Positions 30,528-41,341 are shown, counted from the stretch's first letter. The stretch is DNA of 64,000 nucleotides from Candidatus Obscuribacterales bacterium (GCA_965228855.1 CBDDIJ010000003.1:1888001-1952000), one strand, 5' to 3'. Program-made: numbers and translations. Notes: a model not told the origin generated them from the sequence alone.

Positions 30528-31388
30528 TCAGTCGCCGGAATTTGTGGCGTTCTCATTCTTAAGTCCAATTACGAGGTCATATGCCTCAGACTTACGCATG
30601 TCAAACTGTGCCACCAGTTCTGCCGTTATTTGCTTGGAAGAACAACCTTCATCCAGCCTATCGGTCGCAAACGCCCTTACGGTCTCAAGGTTAAAACCGC
30701 ATGCGCTTTTCGGTTCCGCTCCTTCGATAACCAGGGTGAATTCGCCCTTCAAATGTTCGTCAGACAAGCGATCTTCGAGCTCGCCGAGCCGAACTCGAAT
30801 GTATTCTTCGAACTTCTTGGTCAACTCTCTGGCAAGACAAACCCGCCTGTCACCAAGCACCTCATGCATAATTCGAACCGTCTTCTTCAAACCGTGCGGT
30901 GAAACGTAAAACACAAGGGTTCTTTCTTCGTCGATCAGCGAATTCAGTTTTTCCCTGATCAATGAATCTTTGTCAGGAAGGAAACCTTCAAACACAAAGC
31001 GTTCACAAGACAATCCGCTTCCGACCAGCGCCTGAACGAACGCAGTCGGTCCGGGAATGGCAATGACATCCATGCCAAGTTCTATAGCCAGGGAAACCAT
31101 TCGCTGTCCGGGGTCGGATATCAAGGGAGTCCCGGCGTCCGAAATCAGCGCGACTTTCTGCTGCTCGCGGCTCGCCGCCAAAAGCACGTCCCGGCGCGCC
31201 TCTTCGTTGAATTTATGGCAACTCACCATACGCTTGTTAATCCCAAGATGATTGAGCAGCTTGATTGTTACTCGTGTGTCCTCAACCAATAGAAAATCGG
31301 CCTCGGAAATGATCCTTTTAGTACGCTCCGAAATATCTTCGAGATTACCTATCGGAGTCGAAATTATGAACAGGGCTGCTGACAACAC
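30528..31388 (-). CDS. rsmI: 16S rRNA (cytidine1402-2'-O)-methyltransferase
   Basis: TPIGNLEDIS, EDTR, LISDAGTPLISDPG, FEGFLP, ARELTKKFEE. Confidence 0.95.
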   Translation of the reverse strand: MLSAALFIISTPIGNLEDISERTKRIISEADFLLVEDTRVTIKLLNHLGINKRMVSCHKFNEEARRDVLLAASREQQKVALISDAGTPLISDPGQRMVSLAIELGMDVIAIPGPTAFVQALVGSGLSCERFVFEGFLPDKDSLIREKLNSLIDEERTLVFYVSPHGLKKTVRIMHEVLGDRRVCLARELTKKFEEYIRVRLGELEDRLSDEHLKGEFTLVIEGAEPKSACGFNLETVRAFATDRLDEGCSSKQITAELVAQFDMRKSEAYDLVIGLKNENATNSGD

Positions 31389-31698
31389 TTCACCTTTTGA
31401 ACAGTTCTGTCAAACTCTAGCGGTTTCAAGCCTGTTGGGGCTTTTGCCATTTGTGCATGTAGAAAATAGCAGAAAAATAGCGGTCTTATATCGAGTTATG
31501 CACATGAGTTTTCTACAGGTTTTTGACAGATGTAGATATTTAATCTTACAGCTTAAGTGCTGCACCTTGTCGCTAGAGAGATATCGTGTGAGAGCCCACT
31601 CGTGGTGGTTTCAGCAACTCGCGTTTCTACTAAATGTAGAGTATCGTATCGGAAGATATCCATGGTTTCAGCGCGCTCAAACAGAAAGCTAGTCACCT

Positions 31699-34029
31699 TT
31701 GCCGCCGTTTTCTACAGACTCTCGAACCTTCAAAGCTTATCGGCTCGCGATCGCCTCGAACATACTCCGTAACAATGAACATCTAAACGCATTGCTAGCG
31801 GATATCGAATCGCAACAGCATATCATCGAGCTTTGCAACGCATATGCAATGCGATTGCTTTTGGTATGGCTTGGCACCAAATATGGTTGCTCGATATTTA
31901 CGTCGTCTATAAAAAGCGATAAACCACATGCGGTGCATGAGTCTGAGAGATTTTTTCTTTCCTGGGACATATACCCCTTCCAGGAAAGTGTGCGGTTGGC
32001 TAATGAACGCGAGCTGTTTGAAACTGCAAATACCTTTCTGGATGAGGCTTTTGAGCCACGGCTGGAACTCGCCGGCGCTCTCCACGAGCATATGACAAGT
32101 CAGGAATTTGAAGTGGAACTTACTAAATCCGACGGCGAACAACAAGCCCATTTGCATATACGAAACGCCACCGATGGCAAATACGGACGGCGCAAAAAAG
32201 GGCAATTCTATACGCCACCATGGGTAGTGGACTATTGCCTGGAGAAGAGTTTGAGCCCAGACTTAAACCGTCTAATGAAAGCGCTCCAACAGCGAAAAGA
32301 TATATCGAACAAAAGCGCGCCAGTTACCGAATTCACTATCATCGATCCGTCTTGCGGAACCGGAAACTTTCTTCTTGGCATTCTTCGCTTCTTAAATCAA
32401 CGCGGAGCTAGCGCGAACGAACTCGTCTCCGCGGCGACGAATTCTATATATGGACGGGATCTCGACGGCAAAGCGGTTTCAATCGCAATCTGGTCAGTGC
32501 TTTTATATTTGAACGAAGTCGCTCACAGCGCAGATTTCCCACTTGCGGTCGAGTCAATTCTTTCCAGACTATCCAAAAATATTCGTGTCACTGACGCCGT
32601 CTTAGATTCGTTCGCTTTGCGTTGTTCACAAGAGTCAAATTCACAGGATAAAAACTCAATCGGGAAGGTTTCTGACGAGCGTATCTCGGAAGATCAAACT
32701 TCAGGCGAACGGATCTCAAGCGACGGTTTTAACCCACGAGAGGACGAAACCGGTTTCGATCTGGTCATTACGAACCCGCCATATATCAGCTTTGGAAGCC
32801 GTAATCAAGAGCGCATTCTCGATTCGACAGCTTCGTTTCTTCGACACTTTTTCAGCGCATCGGCCGAGTACAAAATCAGACTCAACTCGATTTTCCAGGA
32901 AGTCGCACTCAACTACGCAAAAGATGGTGCCAAGATTTGCCTCTTCATTCCAAACAGTTTTCTCACAGGCAAGGGCTACGCGAAACTCAGGAAAGCTCTG
33001 CTGAAGCGCACCCGCATTCTCAGTTTCACTGAACTCCGCGAAGACACCATGAAAAACGCTGTCGTGGGTAGATGGTGCGTTGCCGTTTATCAGAAAAAGG
33101 AGAAAGCGCTCGCCATTTCGTCCGGAAGTCTGGAAAGAGGACAGCCTCAACCGCAAGCGGTCTCAGGCATTGATGACCAACTGAACTACCCCGTCGAACT
33201 CGTGACATTCTCAAAACAAAACAAAATGGATCGTTATGAGATCCAGGCATCGCATCTGGTGACAAATGATCACAGCCGCTTTCGGCTGGTCTTCGGGAAG
33301 CTTGATGAAGAACTGGCTTTAAAGATGGAACAACTTCCGATGCTTTCATCTGTCGCGCGTGGTCACACCGGCATTCGAGCAAGAAACGGTCAAAAAAGTA
33401 TTCTTGCCGAAAACAGGGAAACGAATCTGTTTAAAAAAGGAATTCGCTCCGGTGGGCGCGTAAAGCCATTCTCCGTGGCGTGGGATGGAACATGGATGAA
33501 GATCGATCCGAAACTTTTGTTCAGCGGCGGCTTCGATGACAGAGTCGTTGAAAATCCGAAATTGATGGTGCGGCAAACAGGCGATCGGATTGTCGCGGCC
33601 TATGATGAAACCGGGCTCTATCACTTAAACAATGTGCACAGCTTCTCATGCCAACTTGCGACCTCGCAAAGAAAAATTGATTTGCATCTTCTGCTTGCCT
33701 TGATGAATTCAAATTTTTGGCACTATCTCTATCGAATGAAAACCCGAGAAGATGGCCGGGCATTAGCACAGATCGATATAGAAACAGTGGAAACAATGCC
33801 ATTACCCACATGCGAAGATTCGCTATCCATGAGCATCGCAAGCCTGTGCAAAAAACTTTGTCACGCGACAAGCGAAAATACTTCTCACGAAGAGATTGAA
33901 AAAGTAAACGCTGAAATCAACCAGCTAATCTACTCCGCTTACAAACTCTCACACAAAGAAGTCGATCATGTGGAGAGCAGTTTAGGATTACGATACAATA
34001 GCCCGTTATTGAAAACTGGCGCTGGCTAA
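31699..34029 (+). CDS. N6-adenine DNA methyltransferase (gamma class, Eco57I/TaqI-like) with C-terminal target recognition domain
   Basis: GQFYTPPWVV, IIDPSCGTGNFL (motif I), DLVITNPPY (motif IV), TaqI-C-like KLMVRQ...LLALMNS...INQLIYSAYKL. Confidence 0.85.
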   Translation: MPPFSTDSRTFKAYRLAIASNILRNNEHLNALLADIESQQHIIELCNAYAMRLLLVWLGTKYGCSIFTSSIKSDKPHAVHESERFFLSWDIYPFQESVRLANERELFETANTFLDEAFEPRLELAGALHEHMTSQEFEVELTKSDGEQQAHLHIRNATDGKYGRRKKGQFYTPPWVVDYCLEKSLSPDLNRLMKALQQRKDISNKSAPVTEFTIIDPSCGTGNFLLGILRFLNQRGASANELVSAATNSIYGRDLDGKAVSIAIWSVLLYLNEVAHSADFPLAVESILSRLSKNIRVTDAVLDSFALRCSQESNSQDKNSIGKVSDERISEDQTSGERISSDGFNPREDETGFDLVITNPPYISFGSRNQERILDSTASFLRHFFSASAEYKIRLNSIFQEVALNYAKDGAKICLFIPNSFLTGKGYAKLRKALLKRTRILSFTELREDTMKNAVVGRWCVAVYQKKEKALAISSGSLERGQPQPQAVSGIDDQLNYPVELVTFSKQNKMDRYEIQASHLVTNDHSRFRLVFGKLDEELALKMEQLPMLSSVARGHTGIRARNGQKSILAENRETNLFKKGIRSGGRVKPFSVAWDGTWMKIDPKLLFSGGFDDRVVENPKLMVRQTGDRIVAAYDETGLYHLNNVHSFSCQLATSQRKIDLHLLLALMNSNFWHYLYRMKTREDGRALAQIDIETVETMPLPTCEDSLSMSIASLCKKLCHATSENTSHEEIEKVNAEINQLIYSAYKLSHKEVDHVESSLGLRYNSPLLKTGAG

Positions 34030-34045
34030 CCACTACGAGGAATTC

Positions 34046-35572
34046 ATGCGCAATCGGAACTTTCGCCTCCATTTGTTTTGCTTGTTTCTTTCACAAGCGG
34101 TTCTTGCCTCGTTCGTGATGAACCTCGCAGCGTCAGCGCAATCCGCGCACAGTCCGTTGAACACGAGCGACGCGCCCGAAGCACCACACACGACTATCAA
34201 GCAGTCTGTTTCCGCAGCTAAAGCGGCTTTGAATCCAGTCAACGCTGCGAAGAAGGCAAAACAAGCCCTGAGCTCAACGAATAGCGCAGCGAAAGCTGCC
34301 AAAGAAAAGCTTACAAAAACTCTGGCTCCGCCGGAACCGACCAACACGGTTCGAGACAAATGGGCATTCCTGGTCGGCTTGGAAGCATTCAATGATGACA
34401 CAGTGAAGCCGGTAAAAAACGCTCAGCAGAATGCCGTTTTGATCTCCAGCTTTCTGGCGAGTCCGGACCTCGGCAAGTTTGGACCGTCTCGCGTTGTCGT
34501 GGTCACCAACAACAAGGCGACAAAAAACAATGTCACCAAAGCTCTTGGCGACACATGGCTTTTGAAAAATGCTCTGCCCAACGACTTGATCGTGCTCTAT
34601 TTCTGCACAAGAGCGCAGTGGAAGTCCGACGGCAGCGACCTGCTGCTCTATATGTTCGACACACCGAGCTCGCAACCGGAACTCGCCGCGATTCCACTTA
34701 AGGCGACTCTTACAAATTTACAGAAACGCACCCAATCCAAGCATATTCTCTGCCTTCTCGACCTTGGTCCAGTCGTCCGAACCGATGACACCGCGGAAGA
34801 AACAGCCACGAACGATGACTCTGCCGCTACAGCTGCCGGAATGTCACTTGAAAAAATTGCCCAGGAGTCCGGAACGACAATTCTTGCGTCCAACGTGATC
34901 GGTGGAAAGACTTACCCGTCCTCGACCAAAGCATGCTCAGCGTTTGTGGAAAACCTGCTGGAAGGGCTGGCAACATCAAAAGGCGAGATTGAATTCGAGC
35001 AAGTCGCGCAATACGTCGTCAAAATGGTCAAAGACAAAGTCGCTCAAGACTTCAGGAAGGAGCAAACACCGGTTTTTGCACCGTCGGAAACCGGTGCGCC
35101 TATGCTGAAAACAGTAGTTGCGACAGCAGTTAAAAGTTCCACGCCCGAGAAACACGCGAAGTTCGGCCACCCTCCGGAGCGCGCTCCGGACGACTCTCAT
35201 CACGTGGTAAACATTCCAGCACCGAAGATTACAACTAAAACGAAAGTCGAAGATGACGACGATGACATCGATTACTCCAAGTTTGGACCAGTAGATTATG
35301 GTCCATACATGTCGAAAATGAAGCGGGATATTCAGTCGAAGTGGATTCCCCCCAAAGGTTTCAAAGACCAAAAGGTGGTCGCGGTTTTCACCATCATGAA
35401 AGACGGCTCGATTACCAATGCCTCGATCGCTGACGGCAGCGGGGTCGCCCAGATTGATGAATCGGCGATGGCTGCTCTGAAATCAGCGTCCCCTTTGGAC
35501 CCTTTGCCGACGGGCGCGCCGCCCTACGTACAAATGCGGTATGTTTTCGAATGGAAAGTGACGAAAAACTAG
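34046..35572 (+). CDS. Exported caspase-like (peptidase C14, catalytically degenerate) domain fused to TonB C-terminal domain
   Basis: Signal peptide; DKWAFLVG...ATKNN...PNDLIVLYF caspase-fold pattern; C-terminal YMSKMKRDIQSKWIPP...FTIMKDGSI...DESAMAAL..ASP..PLP (TonB_C). Confidence 0.75.
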   Translation: MRNRNFRLHLFCLFLSQAVLASFVMNLAASAQSAHSPLNTSDAPEAPHTTIKQSVSAAKAALNPVNAAKKAKQALSSTNSAAKAAKEKLTKTLAPPEPTNTVRDKWAFLVGLEAFNDDTVKPVKNAQQNAVLISSFLASPDLGKFGPSRVVVVTNNKATKNNVTKALGDTWLLKNALPNDLIVLYFCTRAQWKSDGSDLLLYMFDTPSSQPELAAIPLKATLTNLQKRTQSKHILCLLDLGPVVRTDDTAEETATNDDSAATAAGMSLEKIAQESGTTILASNVIGGKTYPSSTKACSAFVENLLEGLATSKGEIEFEQVAQYVVKMVKDKVAQDFRKEQTPVFAPSETGAPMLKTVVATAVKSSTPEKHAKFGHPPERAPDDSHHVVNIPAPKITTKTKVEDDDDDIDYSKFGPVDYGPYMSKMKRDIQSKWIPPKGFKDQKVVAVFTIMKDGSITNASIADGSGVAQIDESAMAALKSASPLDPLPTGAPPYVQMRYVFEWKVTKN

Positions 35573-35704
35573 CCCGGACTGCACGCTAGCGCCCACGGCG
35601 CGCATGTGTGAGGACAGCCTCTATAGATCTAATGGTTAGTTGATAAGTCAGGAAGAACAGAAAAGGCTTATGTGTGATTCATCTTGGACTACGTATTATC
35701 CGCA

Positions 35705-35733
35705 TTGACGCTGCCGGCACTAGGGCGTAAGCT
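35705..35733 (+). promoter_or_regulatory. Putative sigma70 promoter
   Basis: TTGACG (35705-10), 17-nt spacer, TAAGCT (35728-33), upstream of the 35852 ORF. Confidence 0.4.
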
Positions 35734-35851
35734 CGTATATGAGGCAGTACTGTGGGCACCTATGGCGCTCTAGGCAATTAAACCACCACCCTTATCGATA
35801 CCCATGGAAGTAGTTGGCGAATACGTGGGTTTAAGAAATCAGGAGTTCTAA

Positions 35852-36364
35852 ATGAGTAAATTCGAATCCGGCGACAGCAGTAAATCGGACTCCGGAAAAT
35901 CAGCAGATAACAATCCGCTGGGCATGGAAGCGTTCGAAAAGCCGAAAACGACAGAACAACCGCAACAGAAGGCTGAGCAAAAGCCAGCCAAATCTATGGA
36001 CACGACCGCCTTTGCTCAAAAGGCTGATGCATCCGGCGAAACCAGCGAAGAGCAAGAAAATAAGTCGGAACAAACCGAACTATTCGAGCAAAAGGAAATC
36101 GACAACAATAATCAGACGATCAAGGCTCTGCCGACGGCAACGACCACCAGCATAGCCAACAAAATCACGGCGCTCAGCACCCCTGACGGTAGAGCAGCTG
36201 TGAGAGATGGCGTCGTCACCGCCTACAACGATATGTCGGAACTGCCCAAGATGGCGGCAAAAATGCTGCATCCAGGCAATCCGAACCCGCCGATTGATCC
36301 GATCTCGGTAGCCGCCAGCTCATCATGGGCGACACACACCAAGACGATCGAGGCTATCGTTTAA
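35852..36364 (+). CDS. Hypothetical low-complexity protein
   Basis: RBS AGGAG upstream of the ATG; 170 aa; followed by a terminator. Confidence 0.65.
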   Translation: MSKFESGDSSKSDSGKSADNNPLGMEAFEKPKTTEQPQQKAEQKPAKSMDTTAFAQKADASGETSEEQENKSEQTELFEQKEIDNNNQTIKALPTATTTSIANKITALSTPDGRAAVRDGVVTAYNDMSELPKMAAKMLHPGNPNPPIDPISVAASSSWATHTKTIEAIV

Positions 36365-36412
36365 ACAGACTCTCAAGTCTGGAACATCCAGAAGACGAGA
36401 AGCAAAAGTTAT

Positions 36413-36447
36413 AAAATCCCGCTCATCATCGAGCGGGATTTTTCTTT
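36413..36447 (+). terminator. Intrinsic terminator
   Basis: Perfect 12-bp stem AAAATCCCGCTC-atcatc-GAGCGGGATTTT followed by TCTTT. Confidence 0.75.
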
Positions 36448-36728
36448 ACTACCTTGTTTTGCCCACCCTTCCAAATTCCAGGAGCACGACGCTCGCAGTT
36501 CCAAACGCGTGAAGAAGTCCCGAAGCGCTGCGTGGGCAGCTCCTGCCGCCGCACGGTTCGCCTCATATTGCCGTGGAGTGATGACCTCAGATGGCGCCAA
36601 CTGTTTTCAAGAACAAGAAGTCCGGATTGTGAAGGAAGTAAACAGAGAAAGCCGCGCTTGCCTTTGCAGACGTGTCACGAATGCTAAAATACCTGTTCGT
36701 TATATGTCCACCGGGGCGGAGCCTAGTC

Positions 36729-37004
36729 GTGCCTAATATTAAGTCTGCTATCAAAAGAGTCAAAACCGCTGAACGCAATCGTCTTCGCAATCGTGCGTGG
36801 AAGTCACAAGTGCGCACAGAGCAAACCAAACTCGAAGCAACCCTGAAATCTGCAAATGTCCAGAGCGTAGACGGCGATCTGTCGAACGTATATGCGATCA
36901 TCGACAAAGCAGTATCCAAAGGTGTAATTCATAAGAATACTGCCGCTCGCAAAAAGTCGCGCCTGGCGCTGAAAGCGGACGCTCTGAAAAAGAGCGGAAA
37001 GTAA
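36729..37004 (+). CDS. rpsT: 30S ribosomal protein S20
   Basis: GTG start, PNIKSAIKRVKTAERNRLRN...IDKAVSKGVIHKNTAARKKSRL. Confidence 0.95.
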   Translation: MPNIKSAIKRVKTAERNRLRNRAWKSQVRTEQTKLEATLKSANVQSVDGDLSNVYAIIDKAVSKGVIHKNTAARKKSRLALKADALKKSGK

Positions 37005-37119
37005 GCGATAGTTTCGTTGAGCATACGCAAGTTTCCAGTTATATTTTACGGAAGCTAGTCTGAGACTGGCTTCCGTTGACAACTATAAACGCTCTAACGA
37101 GCGATCTTGTGAGGCAAAT

Positions 37120-38586
37120 TTGGAAATCAACGTGTCGTCGCTTCCCAACAACTCTTTTACCAACACATCCCAAACCAATATAGAAGATATAGCCGCTCCA
37201 ATTCATTTCGTCGGAATTGGTGGCATCGGGATGTCTGCTCTTGCGAGGCTCCTGCTGGCCAGAGGGAAGCAGGTCTCCGGCTCCGACAAAAAGGGCTCAG
37301 AGATAACTGAAGAACTGCAGCAGCTTGGCGCTGATGTGCACATCGGTCACTCAGTAGCCAACTTTGCCAATGTCGGATGCGTGGTCGTTTCCACCGCTAT
37401 AACCGCGGACAATCCGGAGCTCGTCAAAGCTCGAGAATTGAACGTTCCTGTAATACACAGATCAGACATGCTTTCCGAATTGACGAAAGGCAAAAGATTG
37501 ATCGGTGTTTCAGGCACACACGGCAAGACGACGACGACAGGAATGATCGCTCAGACATTGATAGACGGCGGTCTGGACCCGTCGGTTGTTGTCGGTGGAG
37601 TATTCCCCAAGATCAACTCGAATGCCCGTCACGGAGACAGCGACATCTTCGTCGCCGAAATAGACGAGAGCGACGGCACCCAAACCAAAGTCGAATCCTA
37701 CATATCCATCATCACCAATCTTGAAACCGACCACCTGGAAAATTACCCTGGTGGCATCGACGATATCATTGCGGCGATGAAGAAATTCGTATTGAAGACA
37801 TCAAAAATGCTCGTCCTGTGCGGCGACGACAAACATTGCCTGGCTCTAAAAGCAGATCTTGCCAAAAGCAGCCAGTTGCCTGTTGTCACCTACGGCAAGC
37901 GCGATCCGAAAAACCCATTCGATTTCTCATTCGAAGACGTTGGTCCTTTCGGAATGAAAGTCTATGGAGGCGACACTCTTCTTGGGGAGATGAAACTTAG
38001 CGTCCCTGGTGCGCACAACAAATACAACGCGCTAGCCACTCTGGCTGTCGGTCTCGATCTCGGCATGAATTTCAAATCAATCGCCGATTCGATCAAAACA
38101 TTCACAGGCGTCAACCGCCGTTTTCAAATTCTCGGCGAAGTGAACAACATTCTAGTCGTCGACGACTACGCGCATCATCCCACCGAAGTTGACGCGACAT
38201 GCAAGGGAGCCAAAGACTACATCGCTGAACATCGCGCCGGGAGCAACGGTCACCGAGGTCGTCTTGTAATCTTGTTCCAACCGCACCAACCAGGCCGATT
38301 GAAAAATCATTGGGAAGAATTTTTGAAATCATTTGCGGACGCCGATGTAGTTTTTATATCCGATATATACATCGCGCGCGGCAAAGAGATCGAGGGAGTA
38401 ACATCCAAAGTATTCGTCGAGAGTATGCAACACGCAAACGCACAGTACATGCCGGGTTCTGTTAGCGAGCTGGCATCGAAGGTGGTACCATACTTGCAAC
38501 CAAACGATTTGATCATGACCGTCGGTGCAGGTGACATTACCAGTGTTGGACCCCAAATTCTCGACCTTCTCAAGCAAAGCAGCTAG
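37120..38586 (+). CDS. murC: UDP-N-acetylmuramate--L-alanine ligase
   Basis: HFVGIGGIGMSALA, GTHGKTTTT, AEIDESDG, DDYAHHPTE. Confidence 0.96.
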   Translation: MEINVSSLPNNSFTNTSQTNIEDIAAPIHFVGIGGIGMSALARLLLARGKQVSGSDKKGSEITEELQQLGADVHIGHSVANFANVGCVVVSTAITADNPELVKARELNVPVIHRSDMLSELTKGKRLIGVSGTHGKTTTTGMIAQTLIDGGLDPSVVVGGVFPKINSNARHGDSDIFVAEIDESDGTQTKVESYISIITNLETDHLENYPGGIDDIIAAMKKFVLKTSKMLVLCGDDKHCLALKADLAKSSQLPVVTYGKRDPKNPFDFSFEDVGPFGMKVYGGDTLLGEMKLSVPGAHNKYNALATLAVGLDLGMNFKSIADSIKTFTGVNRRFQILGEVNNILVVDDYAHHPTEVDATCKGAKDYIAEHRAGSNGHRGRLVILFQPHQPGRLKNHWEEFLKSFADADVVFISDIYIARGKEIEGVTSKVFVESMQHANAQYMPGSVSELASKVVPYLQPNDLIMTVGAGDITSVGPQILDLLKQSS

Positions 38587-38590
38587 AGCC

Positions 38591-39493
38591 ATGGATGACG
38601 CTTTCAATGCGCCACTGGCTAAACACACTACCTTAAAAATTGGTGGCAACGCCAATCGGCTCTGTCATCCTAATACGGTCGACGAGCTTGTTGAACTCGT
38701 AAGCGATTTGAACGCAAAGGGCGAGCCCTGGTTCATTCTGGGCGGCGGTTCCAATTTGCTCGTATCGTCGGAAGGCTTCAAGGGCACGGTTGTCAGAACT
38801 ACCAATCTTACTGAGATTAAGACTCCGGAACCCGGAATCATCGAAGCCGCAGCCGGAGTGCGTCTACCTCACATCGCCAAGAAGGCGGCCAACCTCGGTT
38901 TGTCCGGCATGGAATTTGCAGTTGGCATTCCTGGCACCATCGGTGGAGGCGTCATTATGAATGCAGGTGCTCACGGCAGCTGCATGGCAAATATCCTGTT
39001 AAGCGCAAAAGTCCTTGATACCACCACTGGTGAACTCATGGAGATAGCAGCTGAGGATCTGGACTTCACCTACAGAAGATGCAAACTCGATCCTTTGAAG
39101 CACGTTGTCGTTTCTGCCGTATTTAAAATGGAACAGGGTTCAGCTGCGGATATCGAGAAGAAGACGAAGGAAAACGAAGACTACCGCTGGCGCACGCAAC
39201 CTATCGGTTTTCCAAACGCAGGCAGTACATTCAAAAATCCGGAACCGACAAAAACCGCGGGCTTCTTGCTGGACAAATCCGGCGCGAAGGAACTGAAAGA
39301 GGGTGGCGCAGCCGTGTCCTCTCTACACGCGAATTTTGTTGTAAACCTGGGCGGTGCCACCTCACACGATGTCACCACCCTGCTGAAGAGAATGCAGGAT
39401 TGCGTCGAAAAAGAATTCGAAATTCACTTGCAACCGGAATGGAAGAAACTCGGCAAGTTTACTGACTCAGAACTCGAAGTCTGGAAGAGCTAA
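38591..39493 (+). CDS. murB: UDP-N-acetylenolpyruvoylglucosamine reductase
   Basis: HTTLKIGG, LGGGSNLL, GIPGTIGG..MNAGA, NAGSTFKNP, HANF. Confidence 0.95.
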   Translation: MDDAFNAPLAKHTTLKIGGNANRLCHPNTVDELVELVSDLNAKGEPWFILGGGSNLLVSSEGFKGTVVRTTNLTEIKTPEPGIIEAAAGVRLPHIAKKAANLGLSGMEFAVGIPGTIGGGVIMNAGAHGSCMANILLSAKVLDTTTGELMEIAAEDLDFTYRRCKLDPLKHVVVSAVFKMEQGSAADIEKKTKENEDYRWRTQPIGFPNAGSTFKNPEPTKTAGFLLDKSGAKELKEGGAAVSSLHANFVVNLGGATSHDVTTLLKRMQDCVEKEFEIHLQPEWKKLGKFTDSELEVWKS

Positions 39494-39511
39494 GGCCTTT
39501 CGGCTTGGTCG

Positions 39512-40330
39512 TTAGCGAAACGACGGCGGCGTTTTCACGTATCCGAACACAGCTTTTCGCGTAGGATCCTGGCTGTTTGTCACAGCCATTTGCGTTCCAT
39601 AATCAAAATGCCACCATTCATATGGATAGTTGACGAAACCGTTATCTACCATCGCCCAGTACAGAAGACGCCGATTGCGTCTTGCTTCAACCACGCTGGC
39701 GCCGTCGTTGCCGGTCAGTTTTCGCTCGAAATAATCAGTATGAGATAAGTCCGTCACATCATCGAACACACTTCCGAAGAATAATTCTTGCTTCGATTCA
39801 AGCGAACGCAACGATAAGTCGATAGCACCACCGGTGCTATGGGTAGGCCACGTTTTGAAATTGGCCTCGTCAAATCCGCGCGGGTCGGAGCAGTAGAAAC
39901 CCGCGTAGTGGGCGCATTCTTCATCCGAAGGATTGCCGAGGACTCTACGAGCCTGCGCAACAAAGTCATCCCAAATCTCAACCTGCAAGGCAATCGGACG
40001 ATAGCCGTCAAGGAGATAAACTTCCACGTTAAACGTCGATAGCGTTTCATTCACTCGAACCAGTCTTTCGATAACTGATTTGCGAAGGTGAACGCTTTTC
40101 GAGGCTGAATTGAAGCTCTTGTAATAAGGGGCGTTTAAACGATCGGTGCGCGCATAGATACTCTCAGAAGCAAGACCGAAGTCAGACACAGGAACCACTG
40201 GATCTTCAGAAGGTTGAGAACCGGTTTCTATCGGCACGTCGTGATAATCGTGCGCGGAGGCAGCACCGTCCAAACGCAGAGGAATCGGACGTTCGCGAAG
40301 ATCGGAATCCGTTTTGAACTCATTCATCAA
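39512..40330 (-). CDS. D-Ala-D-Ala dipeptidase (VanX/DdpX, peptidase M15D)
   Basis: LDGYRP, THSTGGAIDL, EWWHF zinc-peptidase motifs. Confidence 0.85.
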   Translation of the reverse strand: MMNEFKTDSDLRERPIPLRLDGAASAHDYHDVPIETGSQPSEDPVVPVSDFGLASESIYARTDRLNAPYYKSFNSASKSVHLRKSVIERLVRVNETLSTFNVEVYLLDGYRPIALQVEIWDDFVAQARRVLGNPSDEECAHYAGFYCSDPRGFDEANFKTWPTHSTGGAIDLSLRSLESKQELFFGSVFDDVTDLSHTDYFERKLTGNDGASVVEARRNRRLLYWAMVDNGFVNYPYEWWHFDYGTQMAVTNSQDPTRKAVFGYVKTPPSFR

Positions 40331-40540
40331 AAATGACCTTTCGTATACGCAGTGAGGATATCACAAGATGTCCAAAGCAATTAAGACACCTTCAAACTCC
40401 GGCTTTAATCAAGGTTAAGCGAGCGTTGACTGAAGTTGTTTTTAGGTAAGAATGGGTGAGAAAATCAGTTGAGATGCTGACCTCAAGCGGGAATTTCGCC
40501 ATAATATGAGTTGCTAGAGCCGCATCGCGACCAGGGTTTT

Positions 40541-41341
40541 ATGGTAGGTACACTGACGAATAAGACGTTGAACAGCCAGTTTCTCAACACCGCACGAATT
40601 GGCGATACCGGGCATCCGATATTGATCATGCACGGTTGGGGACAGTCGCTTGAAGGCATGCGACCGCTCGGAGAGCTGATCGGCAAATCGCAGCAGGTTC
40701 ATCTTATTGACTTGCCGGGTTTCGGCAAGTCGCCTAAACCAAGCGAAGACTGGGATTCCATCGGATACTCCGAGCGTATATATCAGTACATGCAAGATAA
40801 TGGACTGGAGCGCGTCGATGTTCTCGGTCACTCATTCGGCGGAAAAGTGGCTACCCGCCTGGCAGCACGCCATCCTGAAGCGGTTCGCGGTTTGATTCTA
40901 ATGGACGCGAGCGGTTTGAAGCGCGTCGTGACCGGAAAGAAAAAACTGCGCGGCGACTTGCTTAGAACACTGTCAAAACTTCTCAAGTGGTCGGACAAGA
41001 CATTAAAAACGACGTTTTTCGAAAGCTGGTTTGTGCCCAAATTCGGTTCGCGCGACTACAAAAACGCCGGTCAACTTCGCAACATACTGGTCAAAACCGT
41101 CAACGAAGACGTTACGCCCGATGCGGAAAAAATTACAAGCTCTGCTCTGATAATCTGGGGTGAGTTAGACGATGAAACCCCGGTCGAGATGGGCGAAAGG
41201 TTCAATAGACTTATCAAAAACTCGCAACTGATTGTTCTACCGCGCAAAGATCACTTCCCGTATCTCAACGACGGTGTGCAGCTCTGCGCCCGCTACATTC
41301 TGGATTTCTTGAATAAGTTGCCCGCAGCGGAGACAAAATAA
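40541..41341 (+). CDS. Alpha/beta hydrolase
   Basis: HGWG, DLPGFG, GHSFGG nucleophile elbow, WGELD, DHF; directly abuts murF. Confidence 0.9.
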   Translation: MVGTLTNKTLNSQFLNTARIGDTGHPILIMHGWGQSLEGMRPLGELIGKSQQVHLIDLPGFGKSPKPSEDWDSIGYSERIYQYMQDNGLERVDVLGHSFGGKVATRLAARHPEAVRGLILMDASGLKRVVTGKKKLRGDLLRTLSKLLKWSDKTLKTTFFESWFVPKFGSRDYKNAGQLRNILVKTVNEDVTPDAEKITSSALIIWGELDDETPVEMGERFNRLIKNSQLIVLPRKDHFPYLNDGVQLCARYILDFLNKLPAAETK

